From contig CP075492.1 in NCBI GenBank assembly GCA_021613535.1, forward strand, positions 4,650,001 through 4,714,000: a stretch of 64,000 nucleotides of DNA, read 5' to 3'. Origin of the DNA: Adineta vaga. Taxonomy: Eukaryota > Animalia > Rotifera. The position numbers and the translations under genes were made by a program. Shown one piece after another: positions 50,408-63,294 of this stretch. Position 1 is the stretch's first letter. The number at the start of each line of letters is the position of its first letter. The notes beneath the pieces were generated by a model that was not told where the DNA came from, searched no databases, and saw only the letters and a program-made list of their open reading frames with translations.

Positions 50408-52083
50408 TTAAGAACAAAGTAATTCATCATCACTATTTATTTGAACATCTAAAAGTGGATTTTCCACGATATTCAATGGCATGATGATCGATAATTGCGG
50501 TGTATGACTAATACAAAAGATTTGAATACTAAAAACGAGAATAAATAGAAACTATAATCGATCAAACAGAACTTACAGAATAAGAATTAAAGCAATTAAA
50601 CGTGTACCAATACCAAAAATAAAAACCAAACCAGCAAAAAAACTGATCGATGCACGATAAATTTCAATACAACTTATTGTACCCAATAAAATATCCAGAT
50701 TTTGAATAAAAGCAACAAAACTAAATGCTTTGCCTAAGTATTTCAAAATTCAACATTTTCACCTCTTCTTAACAACCATTTCTTTGTCTTACATACCTTT
50801 ATCTCTTTCCGGAACTAATCGAGCAATAACTGCTCGTAAACAAACAGGTAAATACATTCCAAACATTGACGAAGGAATCGCTAGATGAAGATTTTAATCA
50901 CATTTCTTTATACTGATTTTCCTGAATTTTACCTCCGAAAACCATCGCTTTATTATTCTGTGCAAATGCAAATAACATTGGACTAATTAATGAAAGACAT
51001 AGACCAATAATACATAAATACAAATCATTAATTTCCCAACGTCGTCGTAACAAAGCTAAGAAAACTAATGCTAAACATATCGCTATTTGTTCACAAGTAA
51101 AATAAACTGCATATTGTGTATCATTGAATGCCATACGATGTAAATATAGATAATAAATCGATGATGAACCCATACGAAAAAGTTCATAGAAAAATAAAGA
51201 TCCAAGTAAAAGAATAAACGATTGAAGTAAATGATTCTGTTTTAAATCAATCATTAAATCTCGAATATCAACAAATGGTCGTTGAATTTTTGTGCAAAGA
51301 TTCATTGAAGAAAAATCAAGAATTGCTTGACTTCGTAGAAAGACGAGACTAATGAATAAAGCAAGTGCTAGAAGAAGTACATGAACAAGTAAAATATGCC
51401 AAATCTTTGCATGTAATTCAAATACAAAACTACAAAGAAGATAACCAATTACAACACCAAGATTCAATGCCGCTTCAATAATTGCAATTGTTTGCGTATG
51501 TTTTTCTTTATTCGTACAACTATCAGTTGCATAACCAAAACATGAACTAGAACACACAACAAAACAAAACGATGCCCATTGGTTTCGTTTTCATTATTCA
51601 ATAGTAAAAAAGAACTTACGAAAGTAAAATCAATGAACCTCCACCAAATCCATTGATAATATTGGCAAGAATATAAAATATTAAACATGTTTTTGTACCT
51701 TGATAAACACTTCCAACTGTAATGACTAAACCAGTTATAATTGCATTTGAAATGGTTAAAACAATTGGTATTTTTCGATTTTTAGTATCGGATATACTTC
51801 CATAGATTGGAGAAATGAAACAAGCAACGATAGAAAATGCTAACGTGCCGTAAAGCGACCATTGAGAACTTTCTTTTTGAATGGTTTCTTGTGATGCACG
51901 AAGAGTTTTATTTCGATCAATTTCTGCACAAAAAGATTCATTTGCATGAAGAAGACAAACAGTGGAATAGATCAACGAATTTGTTGCACAGAGAAATAAA
52001 AAAAACGAACAAAGATAAAGAAAACAAATGAGACAAATGGGTAAGATAACATGAAACCATCGTGAAGTCGAAGGTTCAACCAT
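50408..52083 (-). CDS. MFS transporter, SLC46/PCFT-like, multi-exon
   Basis: Multiple TM helices; YGSISDTKNRKIP loop motif and GGGS...SSCFGYATD; C-terminal DDELLCS dileucine sorting signal. Confidence 0.8.
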
Positions 52084-52279
52084 GATTTATATCACAGAAA
52101 TAAATACAAATATATCACAAAAGTTAATTACTGTTTCTTATTTTAAACATTTGAACTGAATGAAAAACATACATATATAAGACATCATGAGAAGTATAAA
52201 TCAATTATATTTGATTACCAAATCGACGAACGAGAACCATATGGTGATAGAGGGCGCTAGACAGACAGACAGCTTTGGT

Positions 52280-54309
52280 TCATTTATGTAAAGTACCGTG
52301 TAACAGAATAAATTTAGTTAGTGACGAATTGATATTACTTGTATTTAAACGTTTTCGAGCAATAATTCTTGCACATAAACATTTCAGAGGAGTCGTTTGT
52401 GGTTGCAACCGCAATATAGCTCTAGGACGAGATCTCCTTTTCAACAGATGAAATAGAGTTAGTCCGTGCTTGTTCTCAGAATCGATATGCCATCCTGAAT
52501 TCAGCAGTAATTCAATGATTTCTGTATTTTTACTTCCTAGACATATGATATGAAGAGGTGTGTTACCCTGTGAAAAGTCTCTTGCATCTATATCCAACCA
52601 GTGACGTCCGTAAGTAAGAAGTAGACGAAGAGCAGATGCATTAGGACATCTAAAAGATAGAAGAATATTAAAGACATACATAGAAATGAAACAATATACC
52701 TCAAATATGGTTGGAGATCTTCTCCACGAAAACTGAATTCGCTATTCATTGTAAAATCTACGCATAGATGAAGAATAGTCTTTCCTTTATCATTAACGAA
52801 ATTCTGACGACATAAACGTGAAATCCACGAGTAGATTGACCTTCGTTCTTCATTCGTTCTATCCGTCTGCTCCAATATCTAAATAAATAATGAAATCAAT
52901 ACATAAATGATTATATTTTTATGTTTTTCTTTTACCTTAGTCGCAATGATGACAATGCACAATATATTTCCAAGAGTACAATTTTTCTCTTTTTGTTGCG
53001 ATGGTTCAAAAATAAGTTGACCCACTTGTAAGAAACGTTCAATCGATATTCTCTCATTGACTTTGAGCATTCTACAGAAAAGCCAAACGAATCGATGAAG
53101 AATAGTTTCCATGTCAATTTGTTGATATAAATAAAACATATGAATCCATACATTAAGACATTGATCAAAATATTTTCTCGTCGCTAACATATCGCCGTAA
53201 GCATGTAATGGTTTCATAACTGCTATATTTTTTCTTATGGGAAAGATTCTTTCTCGAATAAGGAGAGCTTCAATGAATATTCGATGATTATCATTTTCAA
53301 TAGACTTAAGTTCATCCAAAGTTTGACATTCTTGCGCGTAATTGTAGACAGCTATTGGTTGAATACAAACTTTCGTCAATTTTTTCTCTTGACGATAGTC
53401 TAAAGCAAGTTTTATGTATTCAAATATGGCATCGGTGTGTTCAGAAGATAAGAGAGTTTTAGCCAGAGTACAGACAGCATATTCGAACTCTTCAATCGTA
53501 ATTATAGAATTTTCTAATAGGAAAACAATAATAGGATAAAATGTCTTTTGAAGAACTACCATTAAAATGTTATCACCAGATGAACATTCTACATTCATAT
53601 CCGTATGTGCTTCGTAAAGTAACCGAATCGATTCGAAATGACCATTAGCAGCAGCGCAGAGAACTGCTGTTCGATACTCAAGTAAATGATCATTATCGTC
53701 GTTTCTTATACATGCTTTTTCAGAGATATAGTTTACATTTGCACCATTTTTTATCAAATATTGAACGAGAGAAGTATAACCGTGAAATGCAGCCCATAAC
53801 AAACAAGTACTTTGAACAAAATCAGTCGATTTCGTTCGATTTACATCAGCATAGTTGTTTTCGATTAGAAATTGAATAATATCAAAACGATTCATTTTAA
53901 CAGCATGAATAAGTAGTGGAAAAGTTGGTCAATCATCTGTACTTTGATTGACATCAGCTCTACCGATTTCAATTAAAATTTTTGTTGTAGTAAAATGTCC
54001 TGTATAACATGCACAGTAGAGCGCTGTTACACCATTTATTTGCATTTCATCGGAAATATTTACTTTTCCTTTCAATTCGATTTGATATTTTGGATCACAA
54101 TAATGAAACAGTAAATCGATGATATCATCGTGTCCGTGTAGGGCAGCTACCATTAATAAACTCAAAAATTCATGTCTATGTCAAGATAATGTGGTGAGCC
54201 AATCGAATGGATTCGATAGTTCTTGTAAACGAGTCTTTAGTTGTAGGTGTGAATGAGTACGAATCAGTTCATAAAGATTTTCATGAATATTTTGATCTTG
54301 AAAAGGCAC
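52280..54309 (-). pseudogene. FEM-1-like ankyrin-repeat protein with two in-frame TGA codons and no in-frame ATG at the expected start
   Basis: Ankyrin repeats (GVTALYCAC, GNTPLHI), EALLIRERI and C-terminal PLKCLCARII. TGA at 54181-54183 and 53929-53931 with the frame continuing; splice sites intact. Confidence 0.65.
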
Positions 54310-54625
54310 ATCGAGAGAAAGCGTTTCTTCTATCACGCAACTTTCAAAGTTCTTCGAAATTTAATAATATGACAAATTTTATGTTGAAATACATTTATAT
54401 TTAATCGTGAATAGAGAATAGGAATTTGTATTTATTCCAAGTTTAGTTTATATTCTTGCACAATTCTGTCAATATATGACTCATGCAGTGACGTGAATAT
54501 GAATTTCGTTTTCTTATCGATCATAAGTTAACGACTCTTTACTCTTCAAATATTAAAAAAGTCTTGTTGATAAACAATTTGTTTTTGAGAACTTAACTTT
54601 ATTTAAATATAACAACAAATGACCA

Positions 54626-55636
54626 TTAGATTGCAGAGGTAAATTTAACGAATACTTTCGTATAATCTTCGTTTGAACTAAACCAATTCTTTTCCTTCAA
54701 ATCTCGAATATAATTGCTAACAGTTCGTTTCAATGAAGAAAGCCAAACTTGTTCTGTTAAATAAACTTGATAATATTTAATATTATGCAACAATCTATGC
54801 CATGAATCCTCATTGAAATAGTTTTCATCTTTGATACATAAACTACCTTGTAAACAGAGTGAATTCAAATTTGGTGCTTTCTCTTTAAATAATTCCAATT
54901 GAACAAAACGTGGTCGATTTAGAATCAAATTTGCTTTATTCAAATGAATAAGAACGATTTTCTCATAGATTCTGGTATCTGATAATCGCATTTCTGCTTG
55001 AAGGGAACGTAAGTATGGTGCAAAGCTTAGGAGAGTGGATAGATCAATCCAAGCCGTTTGATTACTTTGAAGATATTTCAATGAGAAATTTCTTGACCAA
55101 TTCAAAGTTTTCATTTTATCACAACACATTTGAAAGTCCAATGAGCATTTTTGTATCGAAGATTGATTACTAAATATGCACATCATCAATGGTTCGAAAA
55201 GATCAATTGAAAAATCGAATTTAGCTGAATATTTAATTCGAATACTGTAGAGCGATGGAATTTGTTGAAGAGCCAAAGTTAATGACTGAACGTTATTGTC
55301 AAGTTTTGATTTGCGTAGATAAATTGATAAAGATCTTAAACCAGTGAGATATTGCGCATTCCAACGAAGAAATTGAATAAGACAATTGGCTTTGCGTTGC
55401 CCCACGGCTAGTGACGAAATTTTGTTTAATGGAATTTGTGACCAAGGAAAAGTTGGTAATTGTTGATTTGATTCATTTTTTTTAATACGTATATGGAAAT
55501 ATAAATATTGCGAATGAAGTAGTGATGTAAAAAATAAATTGAGATCGGAAAATGCATGAATTAAATCATGTCCTTCAAGATATGAAAACGTATAAAGCCA
55601 GATTTCGGAAGGTAAATATTCTGCTTTGAATGGCAT
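54626..55636 (-). CDS. F-box-like protein, intronless
   Basis: EYLPSEIWLYTFSYLEGHDLIHAFSDLN N-terminus followed by a degenerate LRR region. Confidence 0.75.
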   Translation of the reverse strand: MPFKAEYLPSEIWLYTFSYLEGHDLIHAFSDLNLFFTSLLHSQYLYFHIRIKKNESNQQLPTFPWSQIPLNKISSLAVGQRKANCLIQFLRWNAQYLTGLRSLSIYLRKSKLDNNVQSLTLALQQIPSLYSIRIKYSAKFDFSIDLFEPLMMCIFSNQSSIQKCSLDFQMCCDKMKTLNWSRNFSLKYLQSNQTAWIDLSTLLSFAPYLRSLQAEMRLSDTRIYEKIVLIHLNKANLILNRPRFVQLELFKEKAPNLNSLCLQGSLCIKDENYFNEDSWHRLLHNIKYYQVYLTEQVWLSSLKRTVSNYIRDLKEKNWFSSNEDYTKVFVKFTSAI

Positions 55637-55758
55637 GTTGTCAATAACGTGTCTTATCGAACGAGAAACGAAGGAAGAAAATGTATGTATTTATACTTTG
55701 TCAAAAACGTCATTTCTTATGTAATAACATTATTTCAATAGAGAGGTAGGGACAGGGT

Positions 55759-56345
55759 GATGCAACTAACAACCCGCGATATTTTTATTCATTTATTTCG
55801 ATGATATTGATCTTCATCGTGCACTTTGTGATTTAAATCATCGTTTTAATAAACAGAGTTATGAACAATATCAATGTTGATTCATCATCCGTCGAAACAG
55901 TTATATTTATGTCACTTTGCCAAAAACCACTACGCATGATTCAATTTAATAAATTACTTGATCGAACATCTCGTCGTAAATATCTTCGCTCTACCAACAT
56001 TTCCATCATTAACTCAATTGGAATACAAATCGATTCAAAAAAATGTTTCTTGCAAAGTTTTCCTAATCTACATCGGTTGAGTGTCATCATATATTATATT
56101 CAATCATCGATAATTATCAATGGGGAGAAATTATTAGTCGTAGCTTACCTAATCTGAAAGTATTCAAACTTGAAATGATAGAAATATTTACTAAGAAGAG
56201 AAATTTAGAAGAAAAAGTCAATGAAATATACCATTCATTCCAACGTTCCCTTTGAATTGATGAACATCATTCATTCTTTCATTGTATTAGAAATCAAAGA
56301 CAGATTTATGTCTATTCTTTACCTTACACATTGATTTATATAGAA
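55759..56345 (+). pseudogene. Decayed F-box-like gene
   Basis: Fragments IYFDDIDLHRALCDLNHRFN, FPNLHRL, QWGEIISRSLPNLKVFKL and YSLPY lie in shifting frames with stops. Confidence 0.5.
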
Positions 56346-56623
56346 CTATGATTTGTGTCTATGTGATCAATACTTTTTACAAGATGTGCGTTTACATCAT
56401 ATTCAATGATGGAAAGATTCTTTGCCATCAACTTCTCCCTTCAATATGGGGATTCGAACATGGTTTTAAAAGTCACAGTGGACCGATATGTTGATGCTCG
56501 TAGACGACGAAAAGATGATCTCATCCACTCACACCCTTACGAAATTTTATTTCTAAATAAGAAAGCATCGTCAGTAGTCTAACTAACATTTTTTTATTTT
56601 CATTCTTGATTATTTGAGAAGTA

Positions 56624-59600
56624 TCATGTCATAATTACAGGATTGTTTTCAACATTCAAGGTTTGAAGTACCTAAAAGAAAACTTATGCAAACTAAAGAT
56701 TACACAACAGAAAATACGATTACGTCATTCATTTCAAATACATGTCTTAGGCGTTCTTCTCCGGGATCACCCATTGGATTCAATCCAATATCCAAAGTTA
56801 TCAATGTCTAGAAATAACAGAATAAATATCAATACAAAATAGTTCAAGCAAGAGAAATTTAACTCGATTCGTTTCCAATGCAGCAGCGAGATAATTAATT
56901 CCTTTCTCTTTGATTTCATTACTCCATAAATTGAGAGTAGTCAACGTCTAGAACACAAAAAATATGATCAGAAGATGAGATAATAGCATATAGAAATACT
57001 GTATTTATTCGTAACATATCAGCCAACTGTTTTGCTCCATTTACTGCAATTGAATTCCGACCAAGATCCAATGTAATTAGTGTCTAATATGAAATGAATA
57101 AAAAAAGGATTATGAAAAATAATAATTACTTTATTCGTTTTTATTGCATCCGCTAGACAACATGTTCCTGCACTTGTTATTTGATTATTCCAAAGTGAAA
57201 GTGTAGTTAATGACTATAAACAGAAACATATCGATGAGAATCAGATGGTAAGTAATATGGAAAATAATCACTGTGTTTATTGTTAAAGCCTTGGCTAGAT
57301 ATTCCGCTCCATCATCATTAATATGATTGAATCGAAGACTGAGTACACGAAGTGTCTAAGAAAATAATCAAATTAATCTAAAAGTTATCATTTCAAGAAA
57401 ACGTACCGTATTCTTTTGTAATGCGTTAGCCAGACATTCAGTTCCTTTGCTTTGTATTTCATTATCTCGTAAATTCAGTGTAGTAAGTGCCTATAGAGCA
57501 ATAATTCCATCAATATATTATTGATACAAAACGAAAAGATATTAGAATTACAGTATTCTTTTCGAGCATATCAGCCAGGTATCGTGCTTTTGACGTATCA
57601 ATATGGTTGCTACCAAGACTAAGTGTACATAATGTCTATACGAGAAGAATATTACAAAAGTTCAGATATCGAATGGTAGATGGAGTTTACTGTGTTTTTC
57701 TGTAATGCATTGCATAAACGCTGAATTCCTTCATCATCGAAACAATTATCTTCAAAATTGAAAGTAGTCAGTGTCTATCAACATATTCGAATAAAATTAT
57801 ATGAAATCAATCGAAAATGAATACTTTATTATTTTCCAAACCATCCGCGAGATACTGTGTTCCCATATCTTTAATTTGATTTCCACTGATATTTAACGAA
57901 GTAAGTGCCTAGAAGATAAATTTACTTGAAAGATACGAAAAAGAAATAGTAAATTTACCGTATTTGTGCGTAATGAATAACTCAAATGTCGTACTCCTTC
58001 ATCTCCAATTTGATTTCCTTGAATGCTAAGTGTAGTAATAATCTAAAGAAATGACTCAGAGCATATGGCCATTCATATTAAGATCGTAACGAATAGTACA
58101 TTATTTGATTGTAAAAATTCAGCTAGATGTTGTACTCCTTCGTTTCCAATTCCATTATTGTTAATACTCAATGTACTAAGTGTCTTGAGTAGAAAAATCA
58201 AAATTAGAAAATAATAAACAGAAAAAACTTGATGAGATTTACCAAATTGTTTTTTAATCCATCTACTAAATATTTAATTCCATCCGAACCAATTTTATTT
58301 TCATTTAAATTTAGAGAAACAATTGTCTATACGAAAGAAATCAAATGAATATCAATATTAAACAAAACGAATTACTGTGTCTTGTGGCAATGCACATGCC
58401 AAATATCGCATATCCAACGATTTTTTAGAAGTATTTGTAAGATCTAAATCCAGTGGTGTCTAGAATAGACAAATTAATCAAACTCAGGTTTGAGTTTACT
58501 ATTATTATTGCTTACTTTATCGTCCGGTGTGTCGTCATTGTCGTCTTTAGGAAATCCTTTAGCGAAATAATAACTATTCGACGAAGGATTACATCTGATA
58601 AAGATCTTAGAATTACGGATAGGTACAGGTGTTGTATAAAGTATTATTTCTGAGATTGAACTTAATACGTAATCACAAGTGACAAACCATCGTTTGGTTT
58701 CCAACCAGAATGGCGTGTGATATCCTTTAACAATCGAAAGAAGACTGACATAATTATTCATCTGGGTAGAAACGCTTTGTCGAAAGCAAAACTGAAAAGT
58801 TTTTAAAAATTGAAGTTTTGTTTGAATAAATTCTTCCCATTTCAAACCATTAAATAAGGGATCATGATCACTTCTATGACAGATCAATTTCAAGCTAGCA
58901 AGTGATGGTGTCAATGAAAGTAAAAGCTTAATATTAAACAATGGCGAGTAGAATTGATTTATTGTTAAAGACGTTAATTGTGGATATGATACATAGCTAA
59001 CAATTGTATTCATTGTTAGGAAACAAGTTTGTAAAATGAATGTTCTTAAGAATGGAGATTGTTTAAGAATAGTAAGATATTCTTCATAAGTACAACTTGT
59101 GATGGATAAGTGATTTAAAATACATTGTTTTGGCCATGATAAAGCTCGTAGACTGTAATTTAAACCAAGTAATTCTAATTTTCGTAGATTTCCTTGCTCG
59201 ATCAATGATGTAAGACGAGGAAGAAGAACACGTTGATGATCATCATGCAGTTTAATCGAAAGTGATGTTAGAGGTAAGCTAGAAATACGTTGCAAGAAGT
59301 CGTCTAAATCAGTTAGATCGATATCCAAAATTGTTAATGAACGAAGACGAATGAATTGTTGAATATCAAAGGTTTTCAAAAATGAATTTGTTCGATCCCA
59401 ATTTTGACTATTTCTAGCCGAAAAAATTAATCCAGTAGCACATTCCGGATGAATTATTTGTGAAACACATTCGAATTGTAATATTGAAGCGGAAGTTAAA
59501 TCAAGTTCAAATCCTTTGTAAGTCTTAATAGCATTATAAAGTTGACTACAAGAACATCGTAAGGAACAGAAGATTGTTTTTATATGAAGATAATCAAAAA

Positions 59601-59649
59601 TATTATGTAAGATTTCCACTGGTAAGTCAAGTAAATTCACATGTGACAT
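56624..59649 (-). CDS. F-box protein fused to an RI/NLRC3-type LRR array (exon 1 58516-59649, thirteen 84-nt LRR exons, short last exon)
   Basis: LLDLPVEILHNIFDYL F-box. Exons such as 58376-58459 and 58100-58183 each encode TLxxLxLxxNxIxxxGxxxLAxxLxxNx in phase 0. Confidence 0.85.
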
Positions 59650-60209
59650 TGTTATACTATCAAACGTAACTCAACAGAAAAAATGATTCTATATGTTGAG
59701 TTTGAATTTTTATATTTTCTTTTGCTATTTTTCCACGTGGTGTCGGGAGGAACGATGAAACTGAGTATGAGTCATACGGCACTAGCGACAATATCTTATA
59801 TACTGTTTTGTGCAAGAATTCTTGATTTAATCTACTGAATAAAAAGTATAGCTTTAAAGCTCGACAAAGTTGATTTTCTTCAATTGTTGTCTTTTAATTA
59901 TTGTATAGATACATAATCATAAAATTTACTTTGATAGAAAATAGATTGATTACTATCAAAGAATGAGTGATATCAATCAAGTGTACGTTATTTCATCATG
60001 AAAAGAAATTACAGTATCTCTATCGTTTTATATTTTCCGACATGTACATATACGCATGCTTGATTTACATCAATAAATAAATTGCCTTTTTCCTATTTTA
60101 CTTTTATTTTGTCATAAAGTAATCTCGGTATATTCTTGTCTATTTCAATGCAACACTAATTTGTTTGTATCTATGTTGTAGATAAAAGTAGATTTTATAA
60201 ACTTGAACA

Positions 60210-60476
60210 ATGGGATTCTCACCTCCGTGGTTGTGTGATAATTGTGGGCGAGCAAATGGTATTACTCGCTACCAATGTCAACAATGTCGAGGAATTAACA
60301 CATACGACTTGTGTGATCAATGTATAATCAATGCACATACAACACATCCATTTCATTCGTTTAAACTTGTACAAAGTGGAGGAACTGCCATGTCAGCATC
60401 GAACTGGACACCGGGTACATATGGAAATAGCTATTGGCCGATTTATCAGTCAGCATCCAGTTCAATAGCAGGTTAA
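60210..60476 (+). CDS. Stand-alone ZZ-type zinc-finger microprotein, copy A
   Basis: CDNC...RYQCQQC...YDLCDQC...HPFH. Confidence 0.8.
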   Translation: MGFSPPWLCDNCGRANGITRYQCQQCRGINTYDLCDQCIINAHTTHPFHSFKLVQSGGTAMSASNWTPGTYGNSYWPIYQSASSSIAG

Positions 60477-61119
60477 CGATAAATCTTAAAAAATATAGAA
60501 GAGACGGTGACAAATTGTTCTTGATATATGGACAATCATTTTATTTTCTTTTCTTTTCAGAATTACATAAATACGATGTTCAAAACTAAGCTAATTTTTC
60601 TAACTCATTCTTCGTATCAATAAACTATTTTTTATCTACGAATTTAGATCAGATTCAGTCGAAATCATATTAAAGATTGATCGATAAATTATTTCTTTCA
60701 ATCGTTATACTTCATCATGCTATTTCAAATTGTACCGATTTTGTCTTCACATAAGACTCTCTCTCATCACATAAATAGAAGATATAGTTACAAAAGTACA
60801 GTGAAACATTGATTTTCTTCGATTCTTATTTTTTTTATACATAGAATGATTGATATAATTTGAATATTCTTGTTGCGTTTATCACGTGTTTGTTATTTCA
60901 TTGTAGAGAGTAATAACCACGTTATTATCGTTCTATATTACCTCATACGTAATATATAGTTATGCTTGATCCATATCAATGGATGAATGAATGAATTTTT
61001 TTCTATTTTACTTTTATTTTGTCATAAAGTAATCTCGGTATATTCTTGTCTATTTCATTGCAACACTAATTTGTTTGTATCTATGTTGTAGATAAAAGTA
61101 GATTTTATAAACTTGAATA

Positions 61120-61380
61120 ATGGGATTCTCACCTCCATGGTTGTGTGATAATTGTGGACGAGCAAATGGTATTACTCGCTACCAATGTCAACAATGTCGA
61201 GGAATTAACACATACGACTTGTGTGATCAATGTATAATCAATGCACATACAACACATCCATTTCATTCGTTTAAACTTGTACAAAGTGGAGGAACTGCCA
61301 TGTCAGCATCGTACTGGACACCGGGTACATATGGAAATAATTATTGGCCGACCGCAGTGCAATATCCATTTTCGGGTTGA
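61120..61380 (+). CDS. Stand-alone ZZ-type zinc-finger microprotein, copy B
   Basis: Same ZZ domain with a different C-terminal tail. Confidence 0.8.
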   Translation: MGFSPPWLCDNCGRANGITRYQCQQCRGINTYDLCDQCIINAHTTHPFHSFKLVQSGGTAMSASYWTPGTYGNNYWPTAVQYPFSG

Positions 61381-62084
61381 TAAGAAACAATGATGAGAAC
61401 TTAATATATGAATATAAAATAAATGAGAGATGTTCACGAACTGCTCAGATTGTGTACGATCGTTTTATTATTTTTTTTCGAAATCATTTTACTGAGATGC
61501 ATAGCTAAACTATACGAATCAACCAGTAATACTCGAAGTTAATTTTTTTATATATTCGCCATTGATGCTTCACATTTTCCAGAGATAGTATTAGGCTTTT
61601 CAAATATTTCAATAGAAATAAAACATAAAAACACAACGATTATTTTGTTCCTTGTCGATAAATGTGGTTTATAATCCTTATTTACGCATGACGCCGAACA
61701 ATGTCTAACAAGAATCTATTGACTGATGATCGAGAAGGAAAAGAAGAAAGGTCGAAAAAACAATACTATGTCATATATATATATGAATGGAAAAGATCAT
61801 GTGGTGCACAATTTATCGTATTAATATTGCATTTTGTGATATATGTCTCCTTAATAGGTGTAAATTTTTTGATTTCATTTGTATTTCTCTATTAATAGGG
61901 ACTTCGAGAAGACGGTTATTGAGTGCAATTTTCATTGGAAGAAGAAACTAGAATACTACGATCATACAATTGATAGAACTTTTTCCTTCTGTTTGCTCTC
62001 GATGAACTATACGTAAAATGGGTCAATACGGACTATATATATAACTATTTTTTTTATATATTTCACTCTTTTCATCCGATAGAC

Positions 62085-62824
62085 ATGTCTACAAACGATA
62101 TTCTTCTAGCAGCTTTGTTAGATGAAACTGAATTCTCATCTTCAGAATCATTTATTGATAAATGCTGTGAACGTAATAATAATTATGCTCAAACCTATGA
62201 TAAAAACATTTACGGAAATCGAGTAATACCTTCGAAACATTTAGCTGTGATAGTATGTATGGATGCACGTTTAGATCTCTATCAGATCTTAGGATTACAA
62301 CCGGGTGATGCACATATTATTCGAAATGGTAAAGAAAACGAATTCATTGTCATTATGTTTTGATTCTTGTTATTTATAGGTGGTGGTCGTCTTCGAGATG
62401 CTGTTCGTTCATTAGTTTGCAGTCAAACATTATTTCGAACTAGAGAAGTGATGATTATTCATCATACTGATTGTGGTTTTACTTATTTTGGAAACAATAA
62501 TCAAATTTTAGCATCAGCTACAGTTAGATTATATACTTTCTTATTAAACATCGATTCATTCTTTGTTTGTAGAATACTTCTATAGATCAACATATTGAAC
62601 TTTTTTTATTTTAGGTAAAGAAAGGATCAAAAGCAAGTACAGTGCCTGATTGTCGTCCATTTTATGTTGGTGATATACCTGATTTTATGCCAATCATTGA
62701 TTTAGAACAATCGATTCGAGATGATCTCAATGAATATAAACAATATTCAATATTAAATCAAAATATTCTCGTTCGAGGATTTCTCTATGATACAAAAACT
62801 GGCTTACTCAAAGAAATTAAATGA
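62085..62824 (+). CDS. Beta-class carbonic anhydrase (clade D/cab-like), 3 exons
   Basis: [23 protein letters not shown] and [11 protein letters not shown]. Confidence 0.9.
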
Positions 62825-63294
62825 TTTATATTAATAAAATTGTTTTACACTTTATCTGACCGGTTTCTTTCTTCGTGTAAATAAATGGTTTTTTTTTACC
62901 TTCTCTTGTTCTTTATTATGCACTGCGACTAAGAGGACATGTTGTTTGTGCATGAATATTGTAAAATTAAAGATATTTCATTGACTCTCATTTCAATATC
63001 ATTGTGTTCTTTTTCGTAGATACTTCCTTTCATTAATAGTCTTTTAAAACGAAAGAAAAATAAAAATCTATTGAAGTATATCACACAAAAATATCAAACA
63101 TATGCGATTTGTTTTATTCACTATAAATTATGCGAACGACTGTTCAATCATGAAAGACATAAATCTTTGAATGAATTAAATACACACACATAGTTAGAGA
63201 TCGTTAGTTATGGAATAGTAAGTCATTTTATTCACAGACAACATACCCGACATCACGAAAATAAAAAAATGTCTAAATTGTCCGTTCAATATTG

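Noticed and set aside
53929-54183. Selenocysteine decoding of the two UGA codons
   Set aside because: Ankyrin scaffold with no redox motif, and no SECIS hairpin recognised downstream.
56624-58459. Roughly 140-bp periodicity as a satellite or minisatellite
   Set aside because: Explained by 84-nt LRR exons plus introns of about 55 nt.
1925-61895. Many short ORF-track entries (e.g. 2080..2376, 13307..13573, 16383..16703, 26660..27022, 36571..36771, 41999..42205, 61701..61895)
   Set aside because: These are antisense or off-frame shadows of real exons, or low-complexity AT-rich ORFs without motifs.
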